This document shows positions 61,262-64,000 of a DNA stretch of 64,000 bases, one piece after another (the first letter of the stretch is position 1; every line of letters starts with the position of its first letter). The stretch comes from Felis catus. Taxonomy: Eukaryota. Location: contig NC_058368.1 of assembly GCF_018350175.1 (NCBI RefSeq), positions 37,450,001 to 37,514,000 of the forward strand, given 5' to 3'. The notes below the pieces were generated by a model. That model was given only the letters and a program-made list of their open reading frames with translations, did no database searches and was not told the origin of the DNA. The position numbers were made by a program, and so were the translations under genes.

Positions 61262-61768
61262 TGTGAAGGGTAGGAGATTCTTCCCTGCTTGAAAACTTAC
61301 AAACTAGTCTGCCTCCATGGCCTAGATGCTAGCAGAAGACAGGAGGTTTCTGGGTCAGAAACAAGGGACTTTATTATATACAGTACACCAGGCAGCATGT
61401 GCTACCAACTTTCAAGTCCTTACTACCCCCTCAAATACCATGAGAAGGATATGAGATAGCCTACATGAATTGTGCACATACAGTGTGTTTGTGGCATAAC
61501 TGAGAAACTCTGATCTTTGGGAAATGCAATCCTCTAAAAAACGCCAGGCAAACCTGCTCAGCCTTTATCCCAGAGGGAAACATTTGCTTTACTATTCTGG
61601 ACAGCAAATAAATCTACTCTCTTTTCCTCTGTAAGAAACTATCTCTATATACCAATGTTGTTTGCTTTGTAAACAACCTTGAAAGGATAATCCAGAACAA
61701 AAGGCTGCAATGCCTTCAATCAGAGGTATGCAGAAATATGAGACTCATGGGTAATTGTTTCACAACAA
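61262..61768 (-). mobile_element. LTR40-like ERVL LTR
   Basis: Reverse complement starts tgttgtgaaacaattacccatgagtctcatatttctgcat...ttttgttctggattatcctttcaagg. Confidence 0.75.
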
Positions 61769-64000
61769 TAATAGGAGTTCAGTCATGTTTCATTTGACTT
61801 AAAGTCAACCTGGTTGTGTAACTGTTTGGGGTAGGGGGTGTCAGTAAAAGTTTAGATGAGGCTCAAAGAGTGAGCAAGGTTAAGCTCAGCCACGTTGGAA
61901 GGATTTCATGGATGGTATCCCTGGAAAAAGTAACTGAAGTTTCCAAGGTAATATAGGACAATAGTCTGATGGTACCAGTGGACAATTTAGGTAGGTGTGT
62001 CTAATGGAAATTGTTCTGCTTGTGATCTATTTCTCAGACTCTTCTTTGTTTGTTGTTTGTTTCCCGATGTGTTACCGGTCCTCAATGTACTTTTCTGTCC
62101 ATGCTACTTTTTACCACGCTGGTCATTTTATTATGTAATTTCTAACTACATAGAAATCTCAATATCTGATTTCTCATATTTCAGTCTTTGCCAGTGACTT
62201 CAACCATACATTGCCTATTCAGAAACTAGATGCTAATGAGATTTGGTTTTCCTTCTACTTGGATTCCGCTTATACCTGTCCAGTTGCCAAGAAAGCTGTG
62301 TTTCTTTGAAGCCCTGGAAAAATAGATTTTGTGGGTAGCATAGAGGCCTGTAAAAGAACATGAATGGTATTCAATCTAAGCACAACTTCATAGTGTCTAT
62401 ACTATATTTAACGTCATTCAACCAAAAGCTCTCCTTGTCCAGTGAAGTATGGGAATTTTGTATTTGAGCCATCATGCTTGGTGACATACACTTTTCTTTC
62501 AGCTGCCAAGGAGCATTTCTTGTGTGTCCCCTCTGTGACAGCAGCCTTGTCAGGCACAGAGATTCAGCCATAAATACTATATTGCTCTTATTTAAGCTGA
62601 TCTCACAATGAGAGGCAGTTTTTTTTAATTAATTGCAATTTAGGCTTAAATGTATCTTAGAATTACGGGCTTATATGTAGATACTCAGTGAGGACAAATA
62701 TAACGAGTGGGGACAGGCGTGGTAAAGAGAATTCCCCTTAACATTTTATTTGAATATCGGATGATGAAAAGGAACTCACTAGGCTGAGTCAGGGTGGTTT
62801 GGGTCAGCAAGTAGAGAAGAAACATTACAGGCAAAGGACATAATGATATTTAAGGAGTCACTTACGAACATGGATTCTGAGTTAGGCCATTAACGAGCTC
62901 TCTGACCTTGCTATCTCAATTTCCTTGCTTGTGCTATGAGGTGATGGGATAGGTGATCTCTAAAATCCAATTGTAACTGTATCACTCTTACCAAGTCTAG
63001 ATGTTATTGTTTTGTGTTCTGAAAATGACCATGGCTTCATGTATTTATTATTATGACAGGGGAACTATTGATAGGACTCTGGTTTACTCAGAAGATTCCT
63101 TCTTTAGCGTATAGGTCATGATCAATAGGAGTAAATCTCTGACGAGAAACACAGTATGATTTTACCACGTAGAAAAATTTAATACACTTTATTTTAATTT
63201 CCATTATCTCTTTGAGATAATGCACATGGAATAAGTACATCATTAAAAAGGAAGATTTAAGTTGCAGGTGAGCTGAGAGTGTCAGAGACAAACTGCTCAG
63301 TCAACATTTGTTCAGAACCTTTTTCTTACTGTGAATGTGCAATAAGAAAAATGTATTTGCTCTCTGCCTATTAGTATGTATACAGAATAGTTCAGAGTAA
63401 TTATTGAAATTGCTGACACCTCAAGAGCCTGTGAATTGCTCAGAATGGTAAGAGATGATAATTTCTTTAGTCAGCTTATGACGTTTTGATATTTTTTTCA
63501 CCAAAATCCATTGCCACTTTATTATCGATGTAATGTAGTCATCATTAAGGAAATTGTAATGCCAAACACATCGTGAATCTATTGGCTTACACGCATTAAC
63601 AGGGACAATATTAAAGTCAAAATGATGTGCTTTATAGTTCATCTTTTGTCCTAGGTATTTATTTCTCCCTTTATGTCATCTCATTTCAGAAAAGTCTCCT
63701 GCAAGTCTCCTCCTACCCTTTATAGCTAAAGAAGAATGAGGTTTCTGAAAAATATGAGTTACTTAAATAATGTTAGTAAACTGCTCCGACCTTTCATTTT
63801 TTCTAAGCTTGGATTCCTAGTTTCTTTATTCAAAAACAGGTGATTAAAATCAACAAATGGCCTGAACACTTTGCTAGGACCATCACAATCCTGAGTTACT
63901 GGCTTCGCTGATACAAATTAGATAGCATTTCAGATTAGGTGAGGAGAATGCTAACCCGATGGTATTGCCATAGATATATATTCTTGTCCGGTTATCAGAA

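Overview
AT-rich mammalian genomic DNA from a cat (Felidae), identified by several near-consensus copies of the feline tRNA-derived Can-SINE (head GGGGCGCCTGGGTGGCGCAGTCGGTTAAGCGTCCGACTTCAGCCAGGTCACGATC). I recognise no protein-coding exon, rRNA, tRNA or other RNA gene, so the window looks like a large intron or gene desert. It holds about 38 Can-SINEs, many L1 fragments of different ages, a decayed ERV-L provirus (gag-pro-RT remnant plus an MLT2-type LTR, ~27.8-31.9 kb), two ERV1-type solo LTRs with exact 4-bp TSDs, old MaLR/ERVL LTRs, MIR/L2 and hAT remnants, and microsatellites. Almost all ORFs in the track come from repeats or chance. The most interesting unexplained structures are: (1) a repeat-free, CpG-retaining block at ~34.6-38 kb with a GC box + ATG + splice donor on + next to a textbook 82-nt intron on -; (2) a 1.6-kb L1 in which the GC-rich 5'UTR is fused directly to the ORF2 3' end; (3) an ancient decayed ~41-bp minisatellite inside an L1 remnant; (4) a 42-bp templated copy of a pre-SINE-insertion site; (5) a micro-inversion of a SINE B-box. 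I found no convincing new multi-gene system. Repeat subfamily names come from recalled consensus similarity, and boundaries without TSDs are approximate.
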